A DNA stretch of 62,864 nucleotides from Proteromonas lacertae (Eukaryota): assembly GCA_002245135.1 (NCBI GenBank), contig NGBS01001169.1, positions 124,001 through 186,864 on the forward strand. The letters run 5' to 3'. This document shows, in pieces, positions 12,618 through 26,019 of the stretch. The notes under the pieces are model-generated. The model did not search any database. It had not been told where the DNA came from and saw nothing but the letters and a program-made list of their open reading frames with translations. The position numbers and the translations under genes are program-made. The first letter of the stretch is position 1; every line of letters starts with the position of its first letter.

Positions 12618-14230
12618 TCATTCTGTCTTTGGTTTAAACCTTCCAAACCCTCTCAGCCTCGTTACATCTACAAATTGCTTTCCTATCAATTCTTCAGGTA
12701 AATAGGTTTGTTCTTCCATATAATCAAAATCTGGTGAATACTATTAGAATAAAATTATATCAATTAATACTTTATATCCTTTACCATAACCTATCTTCTC
12801 CATATATTTTGTTTCAGCATTTCTGACATGATAAGGAATAGAATATTGTGGATTGTTATTGATAAAATTAGCACAATTAGTATAAGTAACATCAATTTCA
12901 TTACTCTTTGGACATAAAGCTAAATATAATGCACACTGCAATAATGTTGATTTGCAAGCAGGTAAACCAATATATTGGCATGCTTGATAGGTTAATACTG
13001 CTTGTTCTAATGCCATTGGATCAGCTAATCCAACATCCATTGAAGCAGCTCGAATCATTCTTCTGGCTATATACAATGGATCTTCACCTCCTTCTATCAT
13101 TCTCGCTAAATAATATGTTGTTGCATCAGCATCACTTCCACAAATGGATTTATGAAAAGCACATATTGTATCATAATGATTATCTCCTTTTCTATCATAA
13201 AATAGTTTGTTTTTACTTATTATTTTCAGTATATCTTCTTTTTCTATTTTGTTACTATAAACAATGTATATTATATTCTATATACTCTTTTAAATCTGTT
13301 ATTTCTAATTGATCTAATATATTTATTGAACTTCGAGCATCACCATTTGATAATTCTACTAACACTTTCATTCCTTCATCACTAATACTTATTCCATTCA
13401 TATATTTCAATAATATTCGGTTTAATATATTCTTTATACTTTCATCATTTAAACTCTCCAATTTTTCTATTCTACATCTACTTAATAATGCATTATTTAA
13501 ACTGAATGATGGATTTTCTGTTGTTGCTCCTATTAATATAAATGTACCATTTTCTATATAAGGAAGAAATATATCTTGTTGTTTCTTATTATATCGATGT
13601 ATTTCATCTATAAATATGATGGTTTCTCTACCACAGAGTTTATATTGATTTTTACTACTTTCTGCTATTTCCATTATATCTTTTGTTCCACTATCAACTG
13701 CACTAAACGTTATAAATCGTTTCTTTGTTACTTTACTGATTATTTTAGCTATTGTAGTTTTACCACAACCTGGAGGGCCCCATAATATCAATGATGGTAT
13801 TCTATCTTTCTTTATTAAATTGATTAAACTACCATTCTCACCAAATAGATCTTCATGTCCAAATAACTCTTCAAATGATGTAGGTCGAGCTAATTCAGAT
13901 AATGGCTTGTGATTTTCATTACTATTCATTATATTTGTCAATTTACTAGAGGATGAAAATCCTATATCAATTAGATCATCTATTGGAGAAGATGAAGTTG
14001 ACTGGATTACTTGTTTTGAATCTTCTGAATCTTCACACTTTTGTTTCTTGTTTTCTTTCATTAAACCATGTGGCTGACATCCTGAATCAATATGTATATT
14101 TATATTCACTAAAGCAACCTATAATGAAAACCATGAAGTAAAACAATACTTGTTTACCACATATGGGACATTTCGTATATCTACTTTCATTTTCTTCGTA
14201 TTCTTTTAGCTTTCTTTTAGTTCTATTCAT
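12618..14230 (-). CDS. WRNIP1: Werner helicase-interacting protein 1 / MgsA-RarA AAA+ ATPase with N-terminal UBZ zinc finger
   Basis: CPICGKQ..INIHIDSGC; PLSELARP; LWGPPGCGKTT; FIDEIHR; GATTENPSF; GGEDPLYIARR; DVGLADP; GYGKGY. Confidence 0.93.
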
Positions 14231-14239
14231 TATTTTTGA

Positions 14240-14248
14240 TTCAAACAG
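14240..14248 (-). promoter_or_regulatory. Candidate promoter motif CTGTTTGAA upstream of WRNIP1
   Basis: The same 9-mer lies within 100 bp of four start codons in this window. Confidence 0.35.
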
Positions 14249-14440
14249 GTTTGAGAATTATTTTTATTAAAACCAATTGCAGATGATATATAATCTAAAT
14301 GTGGAAGAAAGTGTTGAAGAAATGTTGCTGAAGATATTAAATTTTGATTTAAGTTAAAAGGAAATTATGGTTTTAATTATTATTTCATTTACATACTCTT
14401 TTGAATTAATACCTATGAAAACAACTTTATTAAAAAACAA

Positions 14441-17400
14441 TTATTCTAGGTCATAGCTAAATACTAATTCTTTCTTTTCTTCTTCTGATGTTCCATCCAA
14501 TTTTATTCTTTCAATTGATGAAAATTCATATAAAAATGATTTCAATTCTGATTTATCTATATCTTCTTTTACTGTTATTGATAATTCTTCTAAAATATCA
14601 AATATTTCTTTATTTTCTTTCATTAATCTTAACTCTCTTTCATTTAATTCATTTCCTTCTAGATTTATCTTTCTTATTTCATATTTATTATCTTTCAATA
14701 TTTCTATTAACATCTCCAATCCTTTTTCACTCATTCCAATATCTATTAAACTAAACTATATTTATAGAATACTTGAAACATTCAACGATAATGGATAAAG
14801 TTTAACAACAAATTTATCAAAATATTTACATATTATTTCAATTCCTTCATTTCCAATTGGATTATTGAATATTGAAATACACTTCACCTTTTTGGGTAAT
14901 AAATCCATTAATTCTTTTAATCCTTTATAACTAATTCTGTTATTGGATAAATCAAGTTTTCTATAATCAATCTGTTTAATTATAGAAATATGAGAGTCAT
15001 TGAGATTCATATCTACATAGTAAATTCAGATATATTAATACTTGAAAAATCATATATTTTTTTATTGTATCTTTTATTAATTTCAGTATAATAATCCAAA
15101 TAATATTTTGATTCTTCATTTGTGTATGTAGAACTTTTAATATCTATAAATGGATATTCTTCTTTTTCTAATGATTTTGAGCATATTGATTTTAATCCCT
15201 TTATTTTGATGTTATTTGCTTTTAGATTTATTGCATTGCAGTGTGTTAATGAACTTAGTTTATTTGTTAGCAATGATATACACTCATCATCTATTGAGAT
15301 ATTGCTTAAATTTATTACATCATATCCCAACATATTTAAATTGTCTTCTAATAATTTAAATCCTGCATTGCCTATTGGATTGCCTATTAAATATATATTA
15401 AACATTGATGTATATATATACTGTGAATCTCCAATCTTCCAATATTATCATTTTCTTTCAAATAATTCATCAAATACTCTATTCCATCTGAATTAATGTT
15501 ATTGTCACTTATATCAAGATATTTGGTTTTTTCTTGAATGTTCTTTAAACCATCTACTAAATACTTTAATCCAACTGAAGATAATCCCATATTTGAGTAA
15601 TTATAAGATAGATTAACATATGGAGATAATATTTTCATTCCTTCATCTCCTATTTCATTTCCATATACTTCAAGATGATTAAGATTTGTAAATGAAGATA
15701 AATTGTTAATCAGTGTTTCAATACTCTTATATGTGAGTTTATTATCTATTTAATATATCCAAAAACTAAATATACTACTTAAAAATAACCACTTTATTTC
15801 TCTAAATTCATTTGATCTTAAATTAATCAATGGAATAAATGCATTATCATCAATTTCACAATTACTTAGATAAACTCTATTATATTCGTCTTTGGTGTAT
15901 TTAATTATTTCTGGAATATCTCTATCAATCAGAATTTCTTTATTGTTTCTAGTAACACAAAATTGGATTTTCGATATTGGAAATTTGGAGATTAAAGCTT
16001 TTAACCCTGTAGTATGAATATTATTATTGTATTTTATATCAATTTCGTTGACGTTTGGATATTTATATAATTCTTTTGATAATATAATCATTGATTCATC
16101 ATCCAATTTCATTTTTCTAAGAATCATTTTATTTTTATCATTGACTAATAAGTGTAAATATGGAACTAATAGTTTGAATCCTTTTGGACTAACTGGATTA
16201 GCTATTTCAAAAAAAATAATAGAATAAAATACATGTTAGATTAGCATGTTTTAATTTCATTAATGGAATTGATTTAACAAACGATTCAATGAAATCGGAA
16301 GTAATATGACATGATATGATATATAACTCTTGTAGATTAGATAATTGAGAAAATAATGATCCAAATAATGACTGATGTTTGATTGGAATTGCAATATCAT
16401 CTAAATGAATAAACTGAACATAATTATACAAAAAGAGAGTTTTGTTGGATTGATTAGTTTCATTATTCTGAAGAAATAATTTATCCCTTTCTCACATAAG
16501 CAAATACAGTATGAACGAATTTGGATTAACTCTCTATCAGAATAAAAAGAACAAATATAACTCATCTCCATATCCAAATGACATACATTTCTTGTCTTAC
16601 ATTTGTGACGAATATGAAATTTCAGTTTTTTATTAACTGAATTCAATACTTTGTATAATTTCATCATCAATAAAACTGCAAGTATCCTTTCGTTTGATTT
16701 TCTATTGTAAATTTCTATCAAATCATCTTGAATATCTTCCCATTTATCACTGTTTAAATAATTCTGAAGTGGATATTCTATTGGCATTGTTAAAGTTTTA
16801 TAGTCATTATTGAATAAGATTTCTTTTCTTTCATTCAGAATCACTATATAATGATTAGAATCTTTCAATATGTTATTCATTTTTATCATTTCTTTCTTCA
16901 ACTCTTTTATACTTATTATATCTTCATTACTAACTTTCAACATTCTTTCTATCATCTCTTTCATCATTTCATCACATTCTACATCTATATTGTATTTACA
17001 TCTCACAATATTTTCTTTTGCTTTAAAAATATTATTATCTTCATTAAATGGTAATTTCTTATTAATCATTTCATATAATATACACCCAATTGACCAAATC
17101 ACACTTCCTTCATCACATTCTAATCCATTCAACTCTTCTGGGCTTGTGAAGCATATATCATATATTCTCATATCTTCTTCTTTTCTTATTTCATTCAAGA
17201 ATAAATCACATAGCTTTATTTCTTCATCTTTTTCATATAGAACGTTACTACTCTTCAAATTATTCACTACTATATCATATTCATCAACTATCATTAAAAT
17301 ATCACTCATTGAACATATTATACTACATATATCACTTTGTGAAAGGGATTTATTATGGATTATCATTTCCAAATCTCTCATGTAATATTCTCTCTCCAAT

Positions 17401-17677
17401 ACTATATAGTCTTTATAATCGCTCAATTGAAACACTTTTGAAGAACAAATTATAAATCTACAACAATCTAACAATAAGCTGTTATTCTCATTATATTTCG
17501 ACAGTTTTTTTTCTTTCATTCCACACACATTTAACACTTTCAACATCTTAACATCGCCAAACTCTTCTATTTTCAAATCAACTTCACAACTACTCTTATC
17601 CACTCTCTCTTTTATCTATTCGATAATAATAAAATAAATACTTCATAGGTAGCTGTTAATTCATCGATTAACTCCAT
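14441..17677 (-). CDS. Pseudokinase-LRR (RNI-like) protein
   Basis: ATG 17677 (MELIDELTATYE) spliced to a kinase fold (VNNLKSSNV, CDLF, FTSPEE, IWSIGCILYE). LRR exons follow, separated by introns 16401-16429, 16202-16232, 15746-15775, 15384-15421, 15013-15041, 14743-14772. Confidence 0.8.
14464..14947. repeat. Direct repeat copy 2 (3' LRR exons of the pseudokinase-LRR gene)
   Basis: Apparently identical to 10483-10966. Confidence 0.92.
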
Positions 17678-17771
17678 TTTTCTGTTCCAAAATATAAAGT
17701 CGTTTCATTATTCAAAATGAATTTAAAGCTTGTGATATTCGAACATTTTTTCATTTTAATTTTTTGAATGA

Positions 17772-20700
17772 ATGAGTGATTCTCCCGTATAGAATTATAT
17801 ATAATTTGTTTTACTAGTTCATTGTATCCATAAATGAGAGGGATTATTCTTCCGCGGACAAAGTATTTAAACAACTATTATTTACTAGGTATCTTACATA
17901 AAGATAATAGAACCAAAATGTAATGAGACATATTTTCATATATATGAAGGTGAAACTACGATAGGATCTGCTTCATCCTGTGAAATAGTTCTGCCTTCAT
18001 CATTTCCACCTCAATTATTTAAATTTCTACTAAATATTGATCATAAGCTTAATGTTATTATTGCAGCAATCGATGGTATAAAATTAACAGATATAAAATT
18101 CGGTAATGTAATTAATTGTCATCCAAACATTCCATATCAATTTAATACATATGATACAATTGAATTTCGAAACTTAAAACTTGTACTAATATCTGACAAA
18201 TCAAGGGATATTCTAAGAGATAAATTAATATCATTATATTCGCAATACCAACCAGACAAATTACCAGTTGTTGATACAGTAATAGATCAATGGCAGATGA
18301 GCAAATTAAGTGGAGATAATCTACTGGAAATATTAAATCAAAGATATTGTAATAGTAAATCACAAAATGATAAAGAAATAGATAATATTAATAATTCAAA
18401 ATCATTTATAAGAGAAAAAGAAAAAGAAGAAGAAGGAGGAGAAGGAGAAGGGAGTGTAACTCTTGATACAATATCACTATCTCCAATCAAATTATCTGTA
18501 CATCAACCAAATACAGAAGATAGTCAATCTCAACAACAACAACAACAACAACAATTATCTCAAGAAATATCGATCACTACGCCATTAATAATAGGAAGTA
18601 ATAATGATAATTTATTATATAATACAGTAACTGCTACAGCTACTAAACTGAGGAAGAGGTTAGATGAGAATATGAGAGCAATTGATACACCAATAGAAAA
18701 GACAATAAATAATATTGAAGAAAGCAATAATGAAGACGATAATGTAGAAGAAAATGTAATAAATGATAATGAAAATGAAACAAAGAAAGATGATGATGAT
18801 AATATATTGAATAATAGTAGTAGATCTACAATAGAAGATATATCTGACATTGTAACATTTGTGAACATCAAAAATAATGTTTTTAATAATAATAATGAAC
18901 AATCTAAACTGTCATCACCGCAATTAAATTCAATAAATAAACAAATAATGAATTTATCTACTCCGTCTCCAATAAACCAAACAAATAAATCATCTAACAT
19001 ATCAACTCCAATTGTTATCATAAATGGGCAAAATAGTGATAATAATATTAATAATAATAATAGTGTATTATTTAATGAATCATTTTCTAGTTTAACAACT
19101 CCATCTCCTGTAAAGACAAATATGTCATTAATTAAATCATTTGAATCATCTGCTACTACTACACCATCTCAACCTATAACACCATTATTGCTAATAAAAT
19201 CTGATGAATCTATAAAGAAAGCAGAAATAAAAGAAGAAAAAGAGAAAGAAAATAGAATTAATGAAGATAGTGTAAAAGAAAGTGAAACTGAAATTATTAA
19301 AAGAGAACCGATTGAAAATATGTTGGAAATGAGTAATGAAGATGATAATGATAATGAAATTAAAAAACAAACAGAAGAAAATGAGAGTAAAGATAATTAC
19401 AGTTTTTCTATAAGTGAAATAGTTGTGAATATAAATATGATAGATAATAAAGAGGTGAAGAAAGAAGAAGATAAATGCGATAGTAAGAAAGAAGAAAAAG
19501 AAGATAGAGAAGAAGAGAATGGAAGAGATATACTTAAGAAAGATATTTTACATAAAGAGGATGTTGAAGTGAGTTTAGAAAAAGAAGATGATGAAAAAGA
19601 TGAACCAATAAAACCAGAGTTTGAAATAACTACAAGGAAAACAAGAGGAATGATCAAGAGAGAAGAGGTAGAAAAAAGAATGAAAGAAAAAGGAGAAGAG
19701 AGTTTGAGAAATGAAAGAACTTTATCAAAAAGTAGAAATAGTAAGAGGAAAACTTCTACAGTAAAAATGAATCTTAGAAATAAAAATATGGAAGAAATAG
19801 AAACAAATGAGAATGATGAAGAGAATAATAAAGAAAATGAGAAAGAAGAAGAAAAGGTAGAAAATACTAAGAATGGTAAGAGAAAAACAAAATCATCAAC
19901 AGCCAAGAATTTAAGAAATAGAAAAGCAACTAAAAAGGTAGAAAAAGAAAAAGAAATTGAAAATAAATTTGAGATGAAAGAAGAATTATGTAATACTTCA
20001 ACAAATATAAAAGAAGAGATGAACACTACCCAAATTGAAAATAATGAAAATAATGAAAAAATTGAAGTATTTTCTAATATAAATCAAGAAGATAATCAAA
20101 CAGAATCTACTCCGCAAGACACAGTAAATAAAGAAAAAGAAGTGAAAGGAAAATCTCCTAAAAAAGAATCAATAAAAATAGAAGTAAATAAAGAAGTTTG
20201 TCAACTGGAAAATGAAATAAATGAAGAATTATTAATATCTCAAACTTATGGTAAATCAGTAGATAATGATGAAAGTAACATATCCATATCTGAAGCACCA
20301 TTAATAGAAGAAATGGAGGAAGAAGAAAAAGAAGATGATAAAAATAAAGAAGCTATAAACAAAACTCAAAGAAAAAGGAGATGTAATAGTAATAATGATG
20401 TAGAAGAATCACTACCAACAAAGAAGCAAAAAGAATCACCAAATACAAGATCTAAAAGGAAAAGATCATGTGAATCATTATCATCATCATCATCAAATAC
20501 TTCAATAACTGAAAGAAAAAGAAGAAAATTCAGTAGTAATAGTGATTATCATATAGCCATAACAGGATTAGAAAAAAGTGAATATGAACCAATAGTTAAA
20601 TCATTAGGTGGGATATTTGAAAGTGATATTACAAAAGCAACACATTTATTAGTAAAGAATTTAAAAAGAACGCTTAAGCTAATGTATGCGATGTGTTGTC

Positions 20701-21137
20701 CTGATATTCATATATTATCAGTGAAATGGTTGTCTGATTCAAAGAAGAAAGGTTGTTTCTTAAATGAAAATACTTATGTTCCATCTGATCCAAAAACTGA
20801 AAAAGAATATCATTATCATTTCATTAATTCTTATGTAACAAGAAATACTCGACAATCACCATTATTTGAAGGATATAATTTCTATTTAACTCCTAATGTC
20901 ATTCCTACTACCGTTGAACTTACACAATTGATTAAAAAAGGAGGAGGTAAAGTAATATCTAATGTTAGAGATATTAATAGGTATGATGGTATTACGTTGG
21001 TGATTGCTGATGAAAAAGATTTGGATGTAATTCCCAAACAATACAAAGAGAAAGTCTATTCTACTCAATTGGTGATTTGTAGTATAATGGAACAAAAAGT
21101 AGATATTAATGCTCATTTAATTGTAAATAGTAAATAA
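17772..21137 (+). CDS. FHA-like / low-complexity / tandem BRCT protein (MDC1/PTIP-like DNA-damage mediator)
   Basis: Two short 5' exons lead into FHIYEGETTIGSASSCEIVLP, contiguous with the 946-aa ORF. C-terminal BRCT pair (IAITG, ATHLL..RTLKLMYA, VKWLSDS, LFEGYNFY, GGGKV). Confidence 0.75.
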
Positions 21138-21268
21138 TAATTATATTTTCATGTTTCATTTCCTGTGGAATTGAGAAAAACAAAAAGTGTTCATGAAACG
21201 GTAAAAAGTATTGATTTTGTCAAACTCGAAAACTCAAGTTTTTGTTCTTGTTTTGTTTTTTAGTCCGA

Positions 21269-24200
21269 ATGTCAACAGCTAACGATATTATAATCCGTGT
21301 AATTAATGAAACTAAAAGAAGTACTGTTTATCTGGTGAAAAGAAACGAAATAGAAGTGGTTAGAAAAGATCTTAAAGTATCTAATGTAAACATAGACCAA
21401 ATAAATCAAGAAATGGATATGTTGAAAAGACTGAGAGATAGAAGTGTGGTTATATATAAGGAATCTTTCTATGATCAGAAATCAGGTTTATATCATATAT
21501 ACATGGAATATTTTGAAGAAGGTGATTTATATTCTCGCATTGTACAACATAGTGAAGAAAATAAAGATTTTAAAGAAGAAGTATAAATTTGATTGTTTTT
21601 ACATGAATAGGAAATTGTTAGTTTTTGTAAATGTATGTGTAATAGTCTGAAATACATTCACAGTTCATGTATAATTCACAGAAATATTAAACCACAGAAC
21701 ATTTATATAGATGATTCATCTATATACGTCCTTGGTGACTTTGGTATTTGTATGATGTCTGATTTAAGAGAATCAAAGATGGTTGGAACTGAAAATTACA
21801 TGGCCCCTGAATTATGGGATAAAGATTATCCAATATACACTCCAGCAACTGATGTATTTGCATTTGGTTGTATTTTATATGAAATTTATACTTTACGAAG
21901 TGCATTTCCAGGAAGAGATATAAATGAAATTAGAAATCAGATATTTGATAGTAAATTACCATCATTTCATAGACATAATCAACCAAGAATTCCTCAAATC
22001 GAAGTATTAATTACAAAAATGTTAGAAAAGAATCCATTAAGTAGAATCAACTTAGAGAGTATAGAGAAGCAATTTAATCCATGGGTTAATGTAATGAATA
22101 GTTCAACAATATCAATACCTTTACCAACACAAGAAGAAAAAGATGAAGAACCTATTCTTTTGCCTCCTCCTTCTCAACAACAACAACAACAACAACAAGT
22201 AAAACAAAAGACTCAATTATCATCATCATCAGATGATGATGATGATGATTCTGTAGAATGTTCTGTATACAAATTATCAAGAAATAAATCTATGTTAAGT
22301 AAATCTGCAATTAAAACTACTATTGATCAAATAGACAATTTCGATGGTGATGAAGAAGATGATGAACCACCAGTTCGTAGTTTATTACTGAGTAGTATTA
22401 ATAGCAATAACGACAATAATGAAAGTTACACTTTTGTTAAAAGAGGTAGACGAGTTGGCGCTTTATATTTGTCATTAGGAAGTTTATCAGGTGAAAAAAT
22501 TGTTCAATTTTATTTGAATGAAAGAGATCTGAATGGTAAATTAATTAGTGATTATTTAAAAATGAATCAAAAAGAGATTGATGCTTTTGATTTTATGGAA
22601 TATTTACCAGTATATTAATAAATATTTTATTTCATTTATAGTTCTATTTCCCATTATTAGATCAGCAAGCTCCTAAATTTGGAAGTAATGAGAAAGAGAA
22701 ATTTAATGAAAGTAAAACAATAAAAGAGAATTATGAAAAAATGATGTACTTAGTATTGAGAAAATATGGAGAAGTAAACAGTAGCAAAACTCATTTCTAT
22801 GCAAAAGAGTATGATTATTATATATATATATTATTATTATTCTCATAGAACTTGGAAAGATAGTAAAGAACTTGAAGAAATACTTATACATATTCACAGT
22901 AGTTTTAAAAGTATATATGGTAAGAATAATGATAATGATTATTTTAAAATGATCAAAGGATTCTTCAACGAGAATCATATAGAATTCATATATGGGGTGA
23001 AAGATAGTGAGAAAACTTTTAATGAAGCAAATGAAGAGATAGATCCTTATACAGGAGAGAAAAAGAATAGTTTAACAGTAATTGATTTTTACACAAATGT
23101 AATTCCAGTTGGTGGATATAAAATAACTGATATTTGTGAATTGAAAATGTCAATTATGAATGAATTTCCTCTTCAACATTTCGTTCCTGTATAGATTATT
23201 ATATATATAATAATTTAATAGTGGTTATTTCCAGAGTTATATCAACAGAATCCTAGATTTGATCCATTTGATAAATCATCCATGAAGTATATTAAGAAAG
23301 ACTGGATCAATTATTCATACTGTATAATGAACAAAATATTGAATGAAAATAACATAAATTTTGATTATGAACATAAACAAGTACAAGTAGTTGGAACATA
23401 CATATTATCAGATGAATTGAAACTATATATTCTCAAAATGATAGATTTCTTACGATTGATGAGTGAAGATGAAAATGCATCATCATTAGAAGAATTCTTA
23501 CATGAAAATGGTTCAAATGGGAGAGTTATTGGATTAGCAAAACCAATTCATCCATCACAAATAGAACAACCACTTCCTTTACCACTTAGAAAGAATTCAC
23601 CAACAACACCTCCGAAACAACTACCTCCATTGCCAGTTAATAGAATTTTACATCATAGTCCTCCATCTCCTCCGCCTCCACCACCACCACCACAACAACA
23701 ACAAGTGAATCACAATCAATATAATAACAATCATCCACAATTACCTCCATTACCACTACAACCTCAATTTCCACCAGCATCATATCCAGCTGGACCTTCA
23801 CAACCAAGAGGCTTTAATCAACCACCGCCATTGCCTCCAAAACAGTATTCTGATGTTGTGAGATTCTATTTGGGAGAAATAAAAATTAGGGAGTTGAATA
23901 TAGACTACTTTTTAAATTCTCCATTAGAGTTATTAGTTGATTTTGATTTTATAGATCACATTAATGTATATATAAAGATATTATTATTATCTAATAGTAT
24001 TTTGCACCAGTAAAAAATCAAAAATATCCTAAATTTACTGATTATGATATTAATATGATGAGAAGAAGTGATATAAAGAGTAAATATGAAGTTATATGTA
24101 GTAAAATCATGGAAAGATATAACTTCGTTTATTTCGAAAATGGAAGATATATATTAATGAATCAAAAAATTGAAAATAAAGAAATAAGAGATATGTTATA

Positions 24201-24321
24201 TCAAATAAGAGAGAGTATAAAAGAAATATACAATGATGAAAGCTTAATAAAGAATATAGAGTTTTGTTTAGGATTAAATGGAAATAAAAAGCGTAAAGAA
24301 GGTCATTGTATAATCCAATAA
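21269..24321 (+). CDS. NEK-like pseudokinase + three OGFr_N-like repeats + proline-rich segment + CaaX
   Basis: HRNIKPQNI, DFG, APE, no GxGxxG. Exons join through short introns to ...KKRKEGHCIIQ*. Confidence 0.7.
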
Positions 24322-24395
24322 ATGGTTTTAAAATATAGTTTTTATGTCTGTAATTATTTCTTTATTAAACAATAAAATAACAAATACTAAATACA

Positions 24396-25627
24396 TTATT
24401 CATCTTTATTTATTTTACCAAAAACAGAATCTTCTTCAACTTTATTAAAATCTATACTATAAAAAATAGTACCTATAATAACAAAAAACAATCCAAGCCA
24501 ATGATAAAGAGTGAAAACATTATTAAAATACCAAATTGATAAAATTAAACTCATTAGTTTTCTTAAAGTTAAGATTAAGGTACAAGTTAAAGTACCAAAT
24601 GAACTAGTTAATGAATAAACTCCTTGAATACAAACGCACTGAGTAATAACATTCATTAAAATATAAAACCACACTTCAGATACTTTAAAATTGAATATTT
24701 CAATTTCTTTTGTTGTTAATACAACATTCATATTATTTTGAAGTATTTTAGGAGATAAAATTATCACAAAGAATGGAATTCCTATAAGATGTTGGTATAA
24801 TAAACCTTCTTTCCAATTCTTTCCATATGTTTTATAAGTATTCTCTTGAAGATGTCCTAATATTGCTAGAAATAATTAAATAATTAAATAAATAAATATT
24901 TATATATACAACTTAGAAATAACACAATGATCAACAAAAATACACCAAAAATAAATTCATATTGAAAAGTTGTGTTTTTATTATTTTCATTTTCTAATTC
25001 ATCATTTAATATAATAATCAAATCTTTGTCATCACCACAACAACCATGAGTTTTATTACCTATTGATATCTCCTATTTTTAATAGAAGATGTTTAAAAAC
25101 TCAATATATATATACAGATAATGTTACAATTAGAGTTCCGATTGTGACTGAGATAATTGAGAGTATTTTTTGAATTGAATATTTCTTCTGGAAAAATACA
25201 TAACCAACAAGCGCAGATGCAACAAGAGAAGATGAACGAAAGGTAATATGAAAAGGCTGAATCACAAATGATTAATAATTATTAAGTACTTGAGAGATAT
25301 GATATGAAAATGCTTTATTGTTAAGATAACTCATCAATACAAACACAATAGTAATTTTAAACCATGATGAAAGAGGAGTGTTTGGCTTGTTTATAGAGAT
25401 TTTGTTTTTCTAAAACGTAAAAACAAATTATACTTCATATTTAATGTTTAAAAAGAATGCATATAACGATACACCAACAAATTGAAACAGAGTGAGGAAA
25501 GGACCAGAATTCGCATCAATTCTACAAGTTATGACTAATTTTACTTCACTAATTTCTCCAGAAAAAGGTTGTTCAGGCCACACCCACAAAATATCAATGC
25601 AACAGATGATATTAAGGAAGATTTCAT
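24396..25627 (-). CDS. SLC35B4: Nucleotide-sugar (UDP-GlcNAc/UDP-xylose) transporter, SLC35B4/YEA4 family
   Basis: IFCGCGLNNLFLE, FLTLFQF, NNKAFSYHISQ..FHITFRSSSL, LGHLQE..YKTYGKNWKEGLLYQH, NVITQCVCIQGV, LTLRKLMSL. Multi-exon. Confidence 0.85.
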
Positions 25628-26019
25628 GAAATGATCTAAAGAAGTTTGATTATCGTTTGAACATCATTTTCGATTTATTGAATGAATGAATAGGTATTTA
25701 TTACTATATATATCGCTATGGATTTAGTCATTGCTTTTCTGACAAATATACAGAAAAGAGATAGAAAAATCCTATACTTCCTTTAAATCTGGTTAAATTA
25801 GTTTGGGTTTGATAATACTATATTATATGATATTTTGTTTTCTTATATGAGATAATTTTCATAGAATTGTCGATGAAAATATAAACCAGATGAAGAATAA
25901 GCTAAATCTCTGATTATTGTTATCTTTGATTGTTTCCATCTTCATATATTATTATTATTATTATGTTATATATATTTATATAGAAATGAGCAAATAATAA
26001 ATATGCAAAATAAATAAAA

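Noticed and set aside
10483..14947. LTR retrotransposon implied by ~0.5-kb direct repeats 4 kb apart
   Set aside because: The repeats are intron-containing LRR coding sequence without TG..CA ends, and the interior holds WRNIP1 rather than gag/pol.
18560..20026. Long hydrophobic antisense ORFs (also 60770-61479, 16870-17385, 55397-57214)
   Set aside because: They are shadow frames of E/K/N-rich sense genes; the F/S/L/I richness mirrors GAA/AAA codons.
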